A DNA stretch of 64,000 bases from Basidiobolus meristosporus CBS 931.73. Its lineage: Eukaryota; Fungi; Basidiobolomycota. Under the pieces are notes generated by a model. The model was not told the DNA's origin. It worked only from the letters and a program-made list of their open reading frames with translations, and made no database searches. The position numbers were made by a program, and so were the translations under genes. Of the stretch, positions 11,870 to 25,210 are shown piece after piece. Each line of letters starts with the position of its first letter. Within the stretch, counting starts at the first letter, position 1. The DNA is taken from the NCBI GenBank assembly GCA_002104905.1, contig MCFE01000047.1:62001-126000 (forward strand), given 5' to 3'.

Positions 11870-12850
11870 ATATCAGCTAGCCTGCTTGTCCCTTGCTGGC
11901 TCTCTCCTGGCAACCTTATATTTCTTTGCCGCTTGTTTTGAGCTTCTGGCCTTACTTGTGAAATACTCCTGAGAAAGTGGTGTGTCTTTACCACCTTCAG
12001 GTCCTTTACTGCTGCCATGATTCAGTGCTTCTTGTATTAAACTATGCTTTCTCCTTGATAAATACTGCACTGATGCATCTGTTTCTGCATGCTTGTCCCT
12101 TATTAGAACTCATCTGGCTGCCTGATGTTTCTTTGCTACCTGCATAAAGCTTTCAGCCCTCCTTGTGATAAGCACTTGAGGAAGCTGCTGGTTTTTAGGC
12201 AAGGAACCCTTGTTCTTCTGCCTTTGATAGTTTCTGCTATTCTTGAGATACTCTCCTTGCACTCCAAGGCTGGCCCAAAATCTGTTTGCTCAATTGAGTT
12301 GAGGATAATGCACATGGAGCAGGCCAAGCTCATTCTGCTTGGAACAAATCAGGCACATTCTGCTTGGTCTTGAGTTCCTGGGGGTCCCATGGTATGTCTG
12401 CCTTAAGGTGTTGGTGTGCTATACTTCTTGCAGCCTTTTGAATATTAGCCCACTCTTTGTCATTGCACTCAACAGCTTCACAGATCTTCAGTGTCTTTTG
12501 ATTTTTAGGCTTTGGTATAAACACTGCGCTTCTCACTCCTATGCAGTGATAGGTTTTTCTGTGGGCTTTATCTTTGGGCACTATAGTTGTGCTTCTAAGA
12601 CTGTATGGCATTCCTCCACTGTTACATCAGAAAATGTCTCAATTCTTGGCTGTGATATTGAGCTTCTTAAGTTCCTACTTTGCAGCCTATATATAGCTTT
12701 CTCTACCTGTGATATTGCTTGCTCTACACATATTATCCGCTTATCCTGTCTCTGGACTATTTCCTGATTTCTCTGGGCTATTGCATTTATCCTATCAGCC
12801 ACTGCATCTAATTGCTTCATTAATGCTTTGGTATGAGCTGACATTATTCC
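11870..12850 (-). repeat. Decayed coding repeat 'Z' (inverted copy of part of 29450-31100)
   Basis: Peptides such as FIPKPKNQKTLKICEAVECNDKEW match FIPAPKNQKALKICEAIECNKE at ~29980-30050. Confidence 0.7.
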
Positions 12851-13623
12851 TGTTGAAACAGTGGTAGTAATGTTATAAAGGTCATTTGCTGATCTTCCAC
12901 CATAGGTACTGCATTGGCATTAGAAGGCCACTTGAATAAATACATAGCTACCATATCCAGTCCTTGCATTTATATAGTTGCATATGTGTATGAATATTGT
13001 TTGGAGCCTGTGAGAAGTACTTTGGGTAGTAGATACCTTGTAATTTCAGTATTCTGGCCAATGGCTTATAGCTTATGAGCTTTGCTGCAATTGCATGCTG
13101 ACTTCTGTACATTCTCTCTGGGAGAAGACAATGTTTGCGGTGTTGGTGTTTGGATAATGATAATGTGCGTAAGTTATAGAGTAAATCCTCTAGATCTTGC
13201 ACATTTGATAATAATACCATCCATTGTGCCCAGAAAAGCTGGCTATCTTGCTGATGGCTGGAGTATATCAAATGTGTTGTAAAAGCTTGTAATTCCACCT
13301 CAATATTCACCTAGCTTAGTCACTTATATCATTACCTTCAAATCTCAGAGAATACTGATCAATATCCTTGTTGGGATTTACTTAGAATACTTTCACCAAA
13401 ATATGAGGTACCCAGAATATGAAAATTAGATAAGTTGATTAAACAGCCCCAAACTTTGCACACATGTTCTTGAGACCTTTCTAAGACTGTTCTATGTGTT
13501 TATTATGCCAAGACCATATAAAAGTATAAATACTGCTTTTACATTCAATAAATCATTAAGTGAATATCACATAATCTACTTGTTCTCCCAATCACTTCCA
13601 ATATCTTGAAGACTCTTACAGCA

Positions 13624-13636
13624 GGTTATGAGCCCC
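13624..13636 (+). promoter_or_regulatory. Primer-binding site GGTTATGAGCCCC (half-tRNAiMet type)
   Basis: Directly after the 5' LTR; complementary to the fungal initiator-Met tRNA anticodon arm, as in Ty5/copia. Also at 23496-23508 (-), and degenerate at 58486-58498 (-). Confidence 0.85.
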
Positions 13637-14083
13637 AAGCTGTCACTCTCTGCAAAGTTTACTACTGCTATTACTGGGATATTCCCTTTGCTGAAAAGTT
13701 TGATGAATCTAACTACCAAGTATGAAAGGTGCGGATGAAGATGTGGCTACAAGAAAGAGGCCTTTGGGATATTGTCATGGGAGAAGAATGCCCTCCTAAA
13801 AGCATGGGAGAGAAAGCCCTAACATACCAGAAGAAAGAACAAAGTGTCTTTAACTGCATTTGCCTCAATGTTAAAGACAAATTGCTAATACAATGCTCAA
13901 GAGCAAAAATGGCAAAGAATGCCTGGAAGGCATTAGAAGACATCTATCACTCTTGTTCAGCTGCTAAGAAAATGTATCTGCAACAAAAATTCTTACCACA
14001 AAGATGCTGCCAGGAGAAGAAATGCAAGATCTAATTAACAAAATTACCCTGCTAGTGGATGAGATGGAATATGTGGGTGTACC

Positions 14084-14432
14084 TGTTGTAAGAGTCTTGG
14101 AGATATTGGAAGTGATTGGGAGAACAAGTAGATTATGTGGTTTTCACTTAATGATTTATTGAATGTAAAAGTAGTATTTATACTTTTACTTGGTCTTGGC
14201 ATTACAAACATGTAGAGTAGGCTAAGGAAGGTTGCAAGAACATGTGTGCAAAGTTTAGGGCTGTTTGGACAACTTTGAGAATTGTCATGTTCTGGGTACC
14301 TGGTATTTTGATGAAAATATTCCAAGTAAATACCAACAAGGAATTTGGTCAGTATTCTCTAGAATTTGAGGGAAATGATTTAAGTGACTAAGCTAGGTGA
14401 ATATTTAGGTGGAATTACAAATTTTCACAACA
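14084..14432 (-). mobile_element. Copia solo LTR inserted in E1 gag
   Basis: TGTTG...CAACA with perfect 5-bp TSD GTACC/GTACC; the gag frame resumes (VPSTDEDVIVT). Confidence 0.95.
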
Positions 14433-17400
14433 GTACCAAGTACTGATGAGGATGTGATAGTTACCATCATGAATAGCCTGACAGACAAGTTCCAGGGCCT
14501 TGTATTAGCCCTAGAGTCCAGAACTGAAGATTTGACCTTAAATTATATCTATGGAAGGCTCCTGGATGAAGAATTAAGAAAATTAAGCGCCAATAAGAAG
14601 GAAGAAGAAAATGCTGTAATAAGCAACAATAACCAACAAAGGAGGTACCCAAGACCCTACAAAGGCAACATCAACCTGCTTTATAACTACTGCAAAAGGA
14701 AAGGACACACATCAGACCGGTATCTCAAAAAGAAAGATAATCAGCAAAAGAAGCCTGAATATGGAAATGCTGCAACAACTGAAGATAGACTAATCATATC
14801 TGCACTAAATATGACCACAAACAAGGATTCTCAGACGTGGTATATTGACTCTGGAGCTTCTCAACACTTTACACACCAAAAAGAACTTTTTACCCAATAT
14901 CAAGAAATTCCAAGAAGGTTTTCATGGGTGACAATAGAACACTTGATGCAGAGGGAGAAGGAACTATCCAAGTAAACCTAAGTAGCAGTGAAGGAAGCCA
15001 TGCCTGACCTTTAAAGAAGTACTCTATGTACCAGAAATATCCAAGTACCTACTCTCTGTAAGCAAGGCCACAGCAGAAGGACTCAGTTTCAGTTTTGAGA
15101 ATTCTGGATGCAGGATCACTGATCAAAATGGTGTGCATATTGCTTCAGGCATCAGAGATCAGAATCTATCCAAGTTAACTTTTATTCCATCATATCTGGA
15201 AGCCAATATAAGTAACTTAAATGAAGAAACACCAATGCTTTGGCACAGGAGATTTGGACACATCAATTTGATTATTTACGTAAAATGATCAAAGATCAGC
15301 TAATTTCTGGAGTGAAAACTGGTCCCCCAGCTAATTTGGAGCACTTTGAAGCCTGCATATATGGGAAACAAGCCAGACAACAGATCAAGAGCTCTGGGTT
15401 AATCAAATCTAAGAAAAAATTAGATCTAATTCACTCAGATCTGTGTGGACCTATGCAAAATTTATCCTTAGGTGGGATGAAGTATATAATCACTTTTATT
15501 GATGATTATACAAGATACACATGGGTCTACTTCATGGAGAGAAACGAAGAAGCTCTGTCTAAGTTCAGGGAGTTTAAAGCCATGGTGGAGAGAGAAACTG
15601 GTGAAAAAATCAAGAAAATACACTCTGACAATGGTGGAGAATATACCTAAAAATTCTTCATCCACTTCTGCAAAATTCATGGGATAAAGCAAGAGACTAC
15701 TGTACCATACTCCCCACAGCAAAATGGAGTAGCAGAACAAGCTAACAGATCAATAATTGATATGGCAAGATCTATGATCCATGATCAAAAATTATCCTAT
15801 GATTTTTGGGCGGAATCAGTTGCCACTGCTGTATACCTTAAAAATAGGAGTTATAACAGAATACTTTGTGATTCTACTCCATCTGAAGCATGGTATGGAT
15901 AGAGACCAAGTGCAAAACATCCAAGAATATTTGGGTGTACAGCATATGCCCATTAAACTGGCCAGAAATCAATCAAAATTTGAGCCAAAAAGTGTAATAT
16001 GCATACTTTTGGGCTACTGCAATGAGAGTAAGGCATACAGACTCTACAATACCAAAGCAAAGAAGCTGATCAAGTCCAGGGATGTGTTGTTTGATGAAAA
16101 TTCAAAATTTTTACAAAAAATGACATGAGATGATGACAAAAATTTGATCTCAAGTCCACCAATTGTCAGGATTGAATCAGAGCAAAACAATGAAGATTTT
16201 TTCACTCCAGAGGACTCTACAACCATGGTTCAGCCAGAATCAGTGCCCAGGAATATCCCAGAAGTGATCATTCTGGTATCTAATGCCCGGAGATCCAATC
16301 AGGCAAGAAATAGCCCAAATTACTATATAATGAGGGTACAAACTTAGTCTATGCCTATTCAGTCCATATTGATGAGGCCCAGACTGTAAAAGAGGCCCTA
16401 AATAGCCCTCAGAAGAGGTTTTGGAGATCTGCAATGACTGAGGAATATCAGGCCCTGATGGAAAATCAAGCTTGGGACTTGGTCAAATTACCAATCAACC
16501 AAAAATCAATTGGATGCAGATGGGTCTTCAAGACAAATGCAAGGCTGATGGTACAATTGAAAGATACAAAGCAAAACTTGTGGCCAAAGAATACTCTCAA
16601 ACAAAAGGACTTGACTATACTGAGACCTTTGCACTGGTAGCCAAGTTTAATTCCATCAGATTAATATTTGCTATAGCAGCCAAATATACATTTTTTATTC
16701 ATCAAATGAATGTAAAAACTGCATTTTTGAATGGAGAACATGATGAGGATGTGTATATGGACCAGCCTGATAGGTTTGCTGACCAAGATAACCCCCATTT
16801 GGTCTGCAAGCTTAAAAAGTCCCTATATGGTCTCAAACAATCACCATGAGCCTGGAATTGCAAGATAAATTCTTATTTGGAATCTTTGAGTTTTAAAAGG
16901 TGTAATGCTGACTATAGTATATGCTATAAGCCAGATAGAGCAAATCCAGTTCTATTAGCTCTATATGTGGATGATCTTATTATAGCCGACAATAACCTAG
17001 AAAGATTATAAGAGACTAAATCCAGCCTATCTAAGGAGTTCAAGATGTCCAATCTAGGAGAACTTAGTTACTACTTAGGGATTAAGATCTCCATAGACAG
17101 AAGTACCCAGACTATCACCCTAAGTCAATCCAAGTATATTCAAGATATACTAAAGAAGTACAAAATGGAAGACTGTAAACCGGCAGCTACCCCAATGGAG
17201 ACAAGCCTTAACTTGGTCAAAACTCTACCAAATCAAGAAAGCTTGGTGCCATCTGAAAGCTCTGACTTTCCTTATCAATCTATTGCTGGCAGTCTGATGA
17301 ATATCATGCTTGGAACACATCCAGATATCTCATATTCAGTGGGAGTTGTCAGCCAGCATAATCAGAACTATGGATCTGATCATATTGCAGCAGTTAAACG

Positions 17401-20400
17401 GATTTTTAGATACCTAAAAGGAACCGCTGAGATCTGTTTAAGATACACTTATAAGGATTCAGAACAGGATCCTGTGGGATACTCTGATGCTGATTGGGGA
17501 CAAAATTTGGAAGACAGAAGATCCACCATAGGATACACCTTTCATTACTGTAAAGGAGCAATTTCATGGAATTCAAGAAAGCAACCAACTGTAGCACTTT
17601 CCACCACAGAGGCAGAGTATATGGCAGCCTGTGAAGCTACAAAAGAAGCAATGTGGTTAAGAAAGCTCTTTACAGATTTAGGCCTATGTCAGAAAATGCC
17701 TATTACTTTATTTCAAGATAATCAAGGATGTATACAATTAGGTAGAAATCCAACTTTTCATGCTAGAACTAAGCACATAGATATTAGACATCATTTCATA
17801 TGTGAAGCTATAGAAAATAACTTAGTTAGCTTAGTTTACTGTCCTACAGATGAAATGATTGCAGACATATTTACTAAACCATTAGCTAGAGACAAGTTTG
17901 AATATCTTAGGTCAAAATTAGGACTGGTCAGTATGAACATTTAGCTGAGTGGGAGTGTTGTAAAAACTTGTATTTCCACCTATATATTCACCTAACTTAG
18001 TCACTTAGATCATCACCTTCAAATCCTAGAGAATACTGACCAAATTCCTTGTTGAGATTTACTTAGAATATTTTCACCAAAATACTGTTGTAAGAGTCTT
18101 GGAGATGTTGGAAGTGAATGGGAGAACAAGTAGATTATGTGGTTTTGACTTAATGATTTATTGAATATAAAAGTAGTATTTATACTTTTACATGGTCTTG
18201 GCATTACAAACATGTAGAATACATTAAGGAAGGTCCCAGGAACATTTGTGCAAAGTTTGGGGCTGTTTGGACAACTTTAAGAATTTTCATGTTCTGGGTA
18301 CCTGGTATTTTGGTGAAAATATTCTAAGTAAATCCTGACAAGGAATTTTGGTCAGTATTCTCTAGGATTTGAAGGTGATGATCTAAGTGACTAAGCTTGG
18401 TGAATATATAGGTGGAAATACAAGTTTTTACAACACTCCCACTCAGCTAAATGTTCATACTGACCAGTCCTAATTTTGACCTAAGATATTCAAACTTGTC
18501 TCTAGCTAATGGTTTAGTAAATATGTCTACAATCATTTCATCTGTAGGACAGTAAACTAAGCTAACTAAGTTATTCTCTATAGCTTCACGTATGAAGTGA
18601 TGTCTAATATCTATGTGCTTAGTTCTAGCATGAAAAGTTGGATTTCTACCTAATTGTATACATCCTTGATTATCTTGAAATAAAGTAATAGGCATTTTCT
18701 GACATAGGCCTAAATCTGTAAAGAGCTTTCTTAACCACATTGCTTCTTTTGTAGCTTCACAGGCTGCCATATACTCTGCCTCTGTGGTGGAAAGTGCTAC
18801 AGTTGGTTGCTTTCTTGAATTCCATGAAATTGCTCCTTTACAGTAATGAAAGGTGTATCCTATGGTGGATCTTCTGTCTTCCAAATTTTGTCCCCAATCA
18901 GCATCAGAGTATCCCACAGGATCCTGTTCTGAATCCTTATAAGTGTATCTTAAACAGATCTCAGCGGTTCCTTTTAGGTATCTAAAAATCCGTTTAACTG
19001 CTGCAATATGATCAGATCCATAGTTCTGATTATGCTGGCTGACAACTCCCACTGAATATGAGATATCTGGATGTGTTCCAAGCATGATATTCATCAGACT
19101 GCCAGCAATAGATTGATAAGGAAAGTCAGAGCTTTCAGATGGCACCAAGCTTTCTTGATTTGGTAGAGTTTTGACCAAGTTAAGGTTTGTCTCCATTGGG
19201 GTAGCTGCCGGTTTACAGTCTTCCATTTTGTACTTCTTTAGTATATCTTGAATATACTTGGATTGACTTAGGGTGATAGTCTGGGTACTTCTGTCTATGG
19301 AGATCTTAATCCCTAAGTAGTAACTAAGTTCTCCTAGATTGGACATCTTGAACTCCTTAGATAGGCTGGATTTAGTCTCTTATAATCTTTCTAGGTCATT
19401 GTCGGCTATAATAAGATCATCCACATATAGAGCTAATAGAACTGGATTTGCTCTATCTGGCTTATAGCATATACTATAGTCAGCATTACACCTTTTAAAA
19501 CTCAAAGATTCCAAATAAGAATTTATCTTGCAATTCCAGGCTCATGGTGATTGTTTGAGACCATATAGGAACTTTTTAAGCTTGCAGACCAAATGGGGGT
19601 TATCTTGGTCAGCAAACCTATCAGGCTGGTCCATATACACATCCTCATCATGTTCTCCATTCAAAAATGCAGTTTTTACATTCATTTGATGAATAAAAAA
19701 TGTATATTTGGCTGCTATAGCAAATATTAATCTGATGGAATTAAACTTGGCTACCAGTGCAAAGGTCTCAGTATAGTCAAGTCCTTTTGTTTGAGAGTAT
19801 TCTTTGGCCACAAGTTTTGCTTTGTATCTTTCAATTGTACCATCAGCCTTGCATTTGTCTTGAAGACCCATCTGCATCCAATTGATTTTTGGTTGATTGG
19901 TAATTTGACCAAGTCCCAAGCTTGATTTTCCATCAGGGCCTGATATTCCTCAGTCATTGCAGATCTCCAAAACCTTTTCTGAGGGCTATTTAGGGCCTCT
20001 TTTACAGTTGAAGGTTCATCACCATGGACTGAATAGGCATTAGCTAATTTTGCACCCTCATTGATATAGTAATTTGGGCTATTTCTTACCCAATTAGATC
20101 TTGGGGCATTTGATACTGAAATGATCACTTCTGGGATATTCCTGGGCACTGATTCTGACTGAATCACGGTTGTAGAGTCCTCTGGAGTGAAAAGATTCTC
20201 ATTGTTTTGCTCTGATTCAATCCTGACAATTGGTGGACTTGAGATCAAATTTTTGTCATCATCTCATGTCATTTTTTGTAAAAATTTTGAATTTTCATCA
20301 AACAACACATCCCTGGACTTGATCAGCTTCTTTGCTTTGGTATTGTAGAGTCTGTATGCCTTACTCTCATTGCAGTAGCCCAAAAGTATGCATTTTACAC

Positions 20401-21090
20401 TTTTTGGCTCAAATTTTGATTGATTTCTGGCCAGTTTAATGGGCATATGCTGTACACCCAAATATTCTTGGATGTTTTGCACTTGGTCTCTATCCATACC
20501 ATGCTTCAAATGGAGTAGAATCACAAAGTATTCTGTTATAACTCCTATTTTTAAGGTATACAGCAGTGGCAACTGATTCCGCCCAAAAATCATAGGATAA
20601 TTTTTGATCATGGATCATAGATCTTGCCATATCAATTATTGATCTGTTAGCTTGTTCTGCTACTCCATTTTGCTGTGGGGAGTATGGTACAGTAGTCTCT
20701 TGCTTTATCCCATGAATTTTGCAGAAGTGGATGAAGAATTTTGAGGTATATTCTCCACCATTGTCAGAGCGTATTTTCTTGATTTTTTCACCAGTTTCTC
20801 TCTCCACCATGGCTTTAAACTCCCTGAACTTAGACAGAGCTTCTTCCTTTCTCTCCATGAAGTAGACCCATGTGTATCTTGTATAATCATCAATTAAAGT
20901 GATTAAATACTTCATCCCGCCTGAGGATAAATTTTGCATAGGTCCACACAGATCTGAGTGAATTAGATCTAATTTTTTCTTAGTTTTGATTAACCCAGAG
21001 CTCTTGATCTGTTGTCTGGCTTGTTTCCCATATATGCAGGCTTCACAGTGCTCCAAATTAACTGGGGGATCAATTATCACTCCAGATATT

Positions 21091-21222
21091 ATGCCAGATG
21101 GTGCCATACAGTGCCAATTTGAGATCAAAATTGACATGCATATGACCCTAAAATAGCAAATTAATAACAAAATATACAGCACTCTCTGGCACTATGATCA
21201 ATGGCACAATGGAACCAGTCTA
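21091..21222. mobile_element. Right-end fragment of TIR family 'T' replacing part of E2
   Basis: Ends tggcac..aatggaaccagtcTA like the T terminus, with subterminal tggcacta/gtgcca motifs; the copia GAG-pre-integrase segment is missing here. Confidence 0.65.
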
Positions 21223-21692
21223 ATATACATCAACTTGTATAGATTCTGATCTCTGATACCTGAAGCAATATGAGCACCATTTTGATCAGTGATCCTGCAT
21301 CTAGAATTGTCAAAACTGAAACTGAGTCCTTCTGCTGTGGCCTTGCTTACAGAGAGTAGGTACTTGGATATTTCTGGTACATAGAATACTTCTTTAAAGG
21401 TCAGGCATGGCTTCCTTCACTGCTACTTAGGTTTACTTGGATTGTTCCTTCTCCCACTGCATCAAATGCTTTATCATCACCCATGAAAACCTTCTTGGAA
21501 TTTCTTGATATTGTGTAAAAAGTTCTTTTTGGTATGTTTAAGTGCTGAGATGCTGTAGAGTCAATATACCACGTCTGAGAATCCTTGTTTGTGGTCATAT
21601 TTAGTGCAGATATGAATAGTCTATCTTCAGTTGTTGCAGCATTTCCATATTCAGGCTTCTTTTGCTAATTATCTTTCTTTTTGAGACACCGG

Positions 21693-22763
21693 TGTGGTGG
21701 TGTATAGGTCCAAGGGAGAGATACGTCCAACACTTCTCAAGTGTTTTGTGTGTGGGGTGTTCACTGGATGCAATAACCTCTGGCAAAAGCTTGCTAGGAA
21801 TACTTGGGTTCTGTCTTTAATCTAATGTGAAGGGGAATAAAGCCACAAGCTTGTCAAGGGAAAACTATTGAGCTACAATCCCCAACTTAGTTGGCATCCT
21901 AACAAAAGTATGTGCTGGGTTCAGCGTCCTTTGAGATGACAATGTACTAAAGCTTCTAAAGTCAAAACAACTGTAAACTCCACCAGCAGGGACTTGATAA
22001 GAATGCAGCTGTGGTCAATAGTTACAAAGACAGAAAAGTATCTTTGCCTGTACAAGAACAAACTTGGGAAAGAATCAAATATAATAAAAGATACCTACTC
22101 TGAGTATTCCTCACAAGTAGTGCCTCCAAGGTCAGTTGGCTGTCAGTGCAGTTTCCTGGGAGTGTCCTGTGGTTTGGGGTTGGAAGTTCAGGTAGCAGCA
22201 GGTAGCAGTGATCACACTAATCAACAAGTTGGTATATTGATAAAAGGGATGATGATTTATTGTTGAGGGATAGCCTCCCTTATATACTTTTGTTACAGGC
22301 TAAGTGATTACTGATCATGGTGTTCCAGAAGGTTCTGGAAATCAATAGAAATCTCAATGACATCAGAATGACCTAAGAATGTTCTAAGTAGGTGCCGGAA
22401 GGTTCTAAGAGGCACAGCACATCCAACCAATCAGGAATCAGTATTCTGAAACCTGTATAACATAGGGATACCATATATGGTATGGAAATGGTAGGGATGG
22501 TGACACGAGTTGATCATGTGTCACAGGTACAGGCGCGGGTACTTGCCTGATATAGAAGTACTTATAGCTAGTAATCTTACATAAAGTGAGGGGTAACTTA
22601 TGCAATAAGGTAAGCAGGTGTGATAGTCAACCGGCTTATGGGATAGTACTGACTGGGTAAGACAGATGGGATAAAACTAAGATAAGTGTAGTAGAGATAT
22701 AGGGAAGAAGAAAATAAGGGAATGAGCACATCTGTCAGTGGGTGTCACTGTCACCCCACTACA
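21693..22763. mobile_element. Long solo LTR (family G, probably gypsy) inserted in E2 gag
   Basis: TGTGGTGG...CTACA termini, 4-bp TSD CCGG/CCAG, and gag sequence is continuous across the insertion; related to 48936-49739 and 28081-28508. Confidence 0.8.
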
Positions 22764-23508
22764 CCAGTCTGATGTGTGTCCTTTCCTTTTGCAGTAGTTG
22801 CAAAACAGGTTGCTGTCACCTTTGTAGGGTCTTGGGTACCTACTTTGTTGGTTATCATTGCTTATTAAAGCATTTTCTTCTTCCTTCTTATTGGTGCTTG
22901 ATTTTCTTAATTCTTCATCTAGGAGCCTTCCATATATGTAATATAAGGTCAAAACTTCAGCTCTGGACTCTAGGGCTGATACAAGGCCCTGAAACTTGTC
23001 TGTCAGGCTATTCATGATGGTTACTATCACATCCTCATCAGTAGTTGGTATGCCCACAGATTCCATCTTATCTACCAGCAGGGTAGTTCTGTTAATTAGA
23101 TTTTTCATATCTTCTCCTGGCATCATCTTTGTAGTAAAGAATTTTTGTCTCAGATACATCTTCTTGGCAGCAGAGCATGACTGGTAGGTGTCTTCTAATG
23201 CTTTCCAGGCATTCTTTGCTGTTTTTGTTCTTGAGCATTGAATTAGCAATTTGTCTTTAACATTAAGGCAAATGCAGTTAAAGGAACTTTGTTCTTTCTT
23301 CTGGTATGTTAGGGCTTTCTCTCCCATGCTTTTAGGAGGGCATTCTTCTCCCATGACAAGATCCCAAAGGCCTCTCTCTTGTAGCAGCATCTTCATCTTC
23401 ACATTCCACACTTGGTAGTTAGATCCATCCAACTTTTCAGCAGGGGGAAAAATTCCAGTAATAGCAGGAGTAGACATTGCAGAGTGCAACAGCTTGGGGC
23501 TCATAACC

Positions 23509-24412
23509 TGTTGTAAGAGTCTTGGAGATATTGGAAGTGATTGGGAGCACAAGTAGATTATGTGGTTTTCACATAATGATTTATTGAATATAAAAGTAGT
23601 ATTTATACTTTTACATGGTCTTGGCATTACAAACATGTAGAATACATTAAGGAAGGTCCCAGGAACATTTGTGCAAAGTTTGGGGCTGTTTGGACAACTT
23701 TAAGAATTTTCATGTTCTGGGTACCTGGTATTTTGGTGAAAATATTCTAAGTAAATCCTGACAAGGAATTTTGGTCAGTATTCTCTAGGATTTGAAGGTG
23801 ATGATCTAAGTGACTAAGTTAGGTGAATATATAGGTGGAAATACAAATTTTTACAACACTCCCACTCAGCTAAATGTTCATACTGACCAGTCCTAATTTT
23901 GACCTAAGATATTCAAACTTGTCTCTAGCTAATGGTTTAGTAAATATGTCTGCAATCATTTCATCTGTAGGACAGTAAACTAAGCTAACTAAGTTATTCT
24001 CTATAGCTTCACGTATGAAATGATGTCTAATATCTATGTGCTTAGTTCTAGCATGAAAAGTTGGATTTCTACCTAATTGTATACATTCTTGATTATCTTG
24101 AAATAAAGTAATAGGCATTTTTTGACATAGGCCTAAATCTGTAAAGAGCTTTCTTAACCACATTGCTTCTTTTGTAGCTTCACAGGCTGCCATATACTCT
24201 GCCTCTGTGGTGGAAAGTGCTACGGTTGGTTGCTTTCTTGAATTCCATGAAATTGCTCCTTTACAGTAAAGAAAGGTGTATCCTATGGTGGATCTTCTGT
24301 CTTCCAAATTTTATCCCCAATCAGCATCAGAGTATCCCACAAGATCCTGTTCTGAATCCTTATAAGTGTATCTTAAACAGATATCAGCAGTTCCTTTTAG
24401 GTATCTAAAAAT
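23509..24412 (-). mobile_element. Copia E3: 3' remnant (RNase H + PPT) sharing its LTR with E2
   Basis: The LTR 23509-23858 is followed by ctcccactcagcta and the RNase H ORF 23870-24307; truncated at ~24412. Confidence 0.9.
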
Positions 24413-25210
24413 CAATTACTTAGAGCAAGCTTGGAGTACTAGGTTCAGAAGCTCCAATAGACTTCCATATCCCAGAGTATTCAGCAACAGGTTCCATATA
24501 AGGAGAATTTTGGATACCTTCCCAGTCAGGAATAGCAGACCTTCTACAGGGCAGAGGTAGTTTATCCTGGCAAGTACAAGGCACACTGTGTGAAATTTCA
24601 AGGACTGTCTGACATTGAGGGTAACATCATCTGGTTTAGTGGGCCATTTGCTGGAAGTAGGCATGACAAAGCACTCTGGGTAGAGAATCATCCAGAATTC
24701 AGTAGAGGGGAGAAATGTATGGCAGACTCAGCTTATATAGAAGAGGATTGTCAGAGATTAGGATGTATTACTGCTCATAGGAAGCCAAGAAGTGGTGTGC
24801 TTATCAGGAAGCAGAAGCACTACAATGAGATGTTTAATCATTTCAGAGTGAGGGTAGAGCATACATTTGGATATCTGAAGATATTCAGCATATTGGCAGG
24901 TAAATACAGACAAAAGTCATATATAGGAGAAAACAGCAGAATAGGTAAAATAGTTAAGATACTTATCAATGCACAGTATATTCATACAAGAAGACATCCA
25001 CTGAGAGAAATGTGTCTGGAGCATTATGAAGAGTAAATAAAGCAAGGAAAGCACCACTCTGATCAACATAAGTAAGATTGAGCAAAATTACCAGTAACTA
25101 TATCCTACCACTGGCATGATGGTAGAAATTATAGTGCCAGATAGTGCCAGATCAATCCAGCACTATAAATAGGCTGGTACTATATGGCACTATCCAATGG
25201 AACAAGTCTA
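24413..25210 (+). mobile_element. DDE_Tnp_4 (PIF/Harbinger/ISL2EU-type) transposase 3' part plus right TIR of family T
   Basis: YPGKYKAHCVKFQ...GSRHD...ADSAY...RVRVEHTFGYLK motifs; tagtgccaga subterminal repeats; terminus tggcactatccaatggaacaagtc-TA at 25185-25210. Confidence 0.85.

Larger units (their letters stand above)
13275..18085 (+). mobile_element. Ty1/copia retrotransposon E1, defective; 3' LTR truncated by E2
   Basis: 5' LTR 13275-13623, PBS, gag (UBN2-like, zinc-knuckle relic), DSGAS protease, integrase (HSDLCGP), RT, RNase H (ADIFTKPL), PPT tgagtgggag, partial 3' LTR 17956-18085; several stops and frameshifts. Confidence 0.95.
18086..23858 (-). mobile_element. Ty1/copia retrotransposon E2, full-length but defective, inverted relative to E1
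   Basis: LTRs 18086-18435 and 23509-23858, PBS 23496-23508, gag ATG 23477; the RT/RNase H ORF 18447-19346 is nearly identical to 17045-17944. Confidence 0.95.

Noticed and set aside
15760-20630. Palindrome as a pure foldback read artefact
   Set aside because: The arms differ by substitutions, a mosaic patch and distinct insertions, and the junction falls exactly on an LTR terminus; read-level confirmation is still advisable.
22677-23636. 319-aa ORF as a standalone gene
   Set aside because: It is E2 gag with read-through from the LTR at its 5' end and into the inserted solo LTR at its 3' end.
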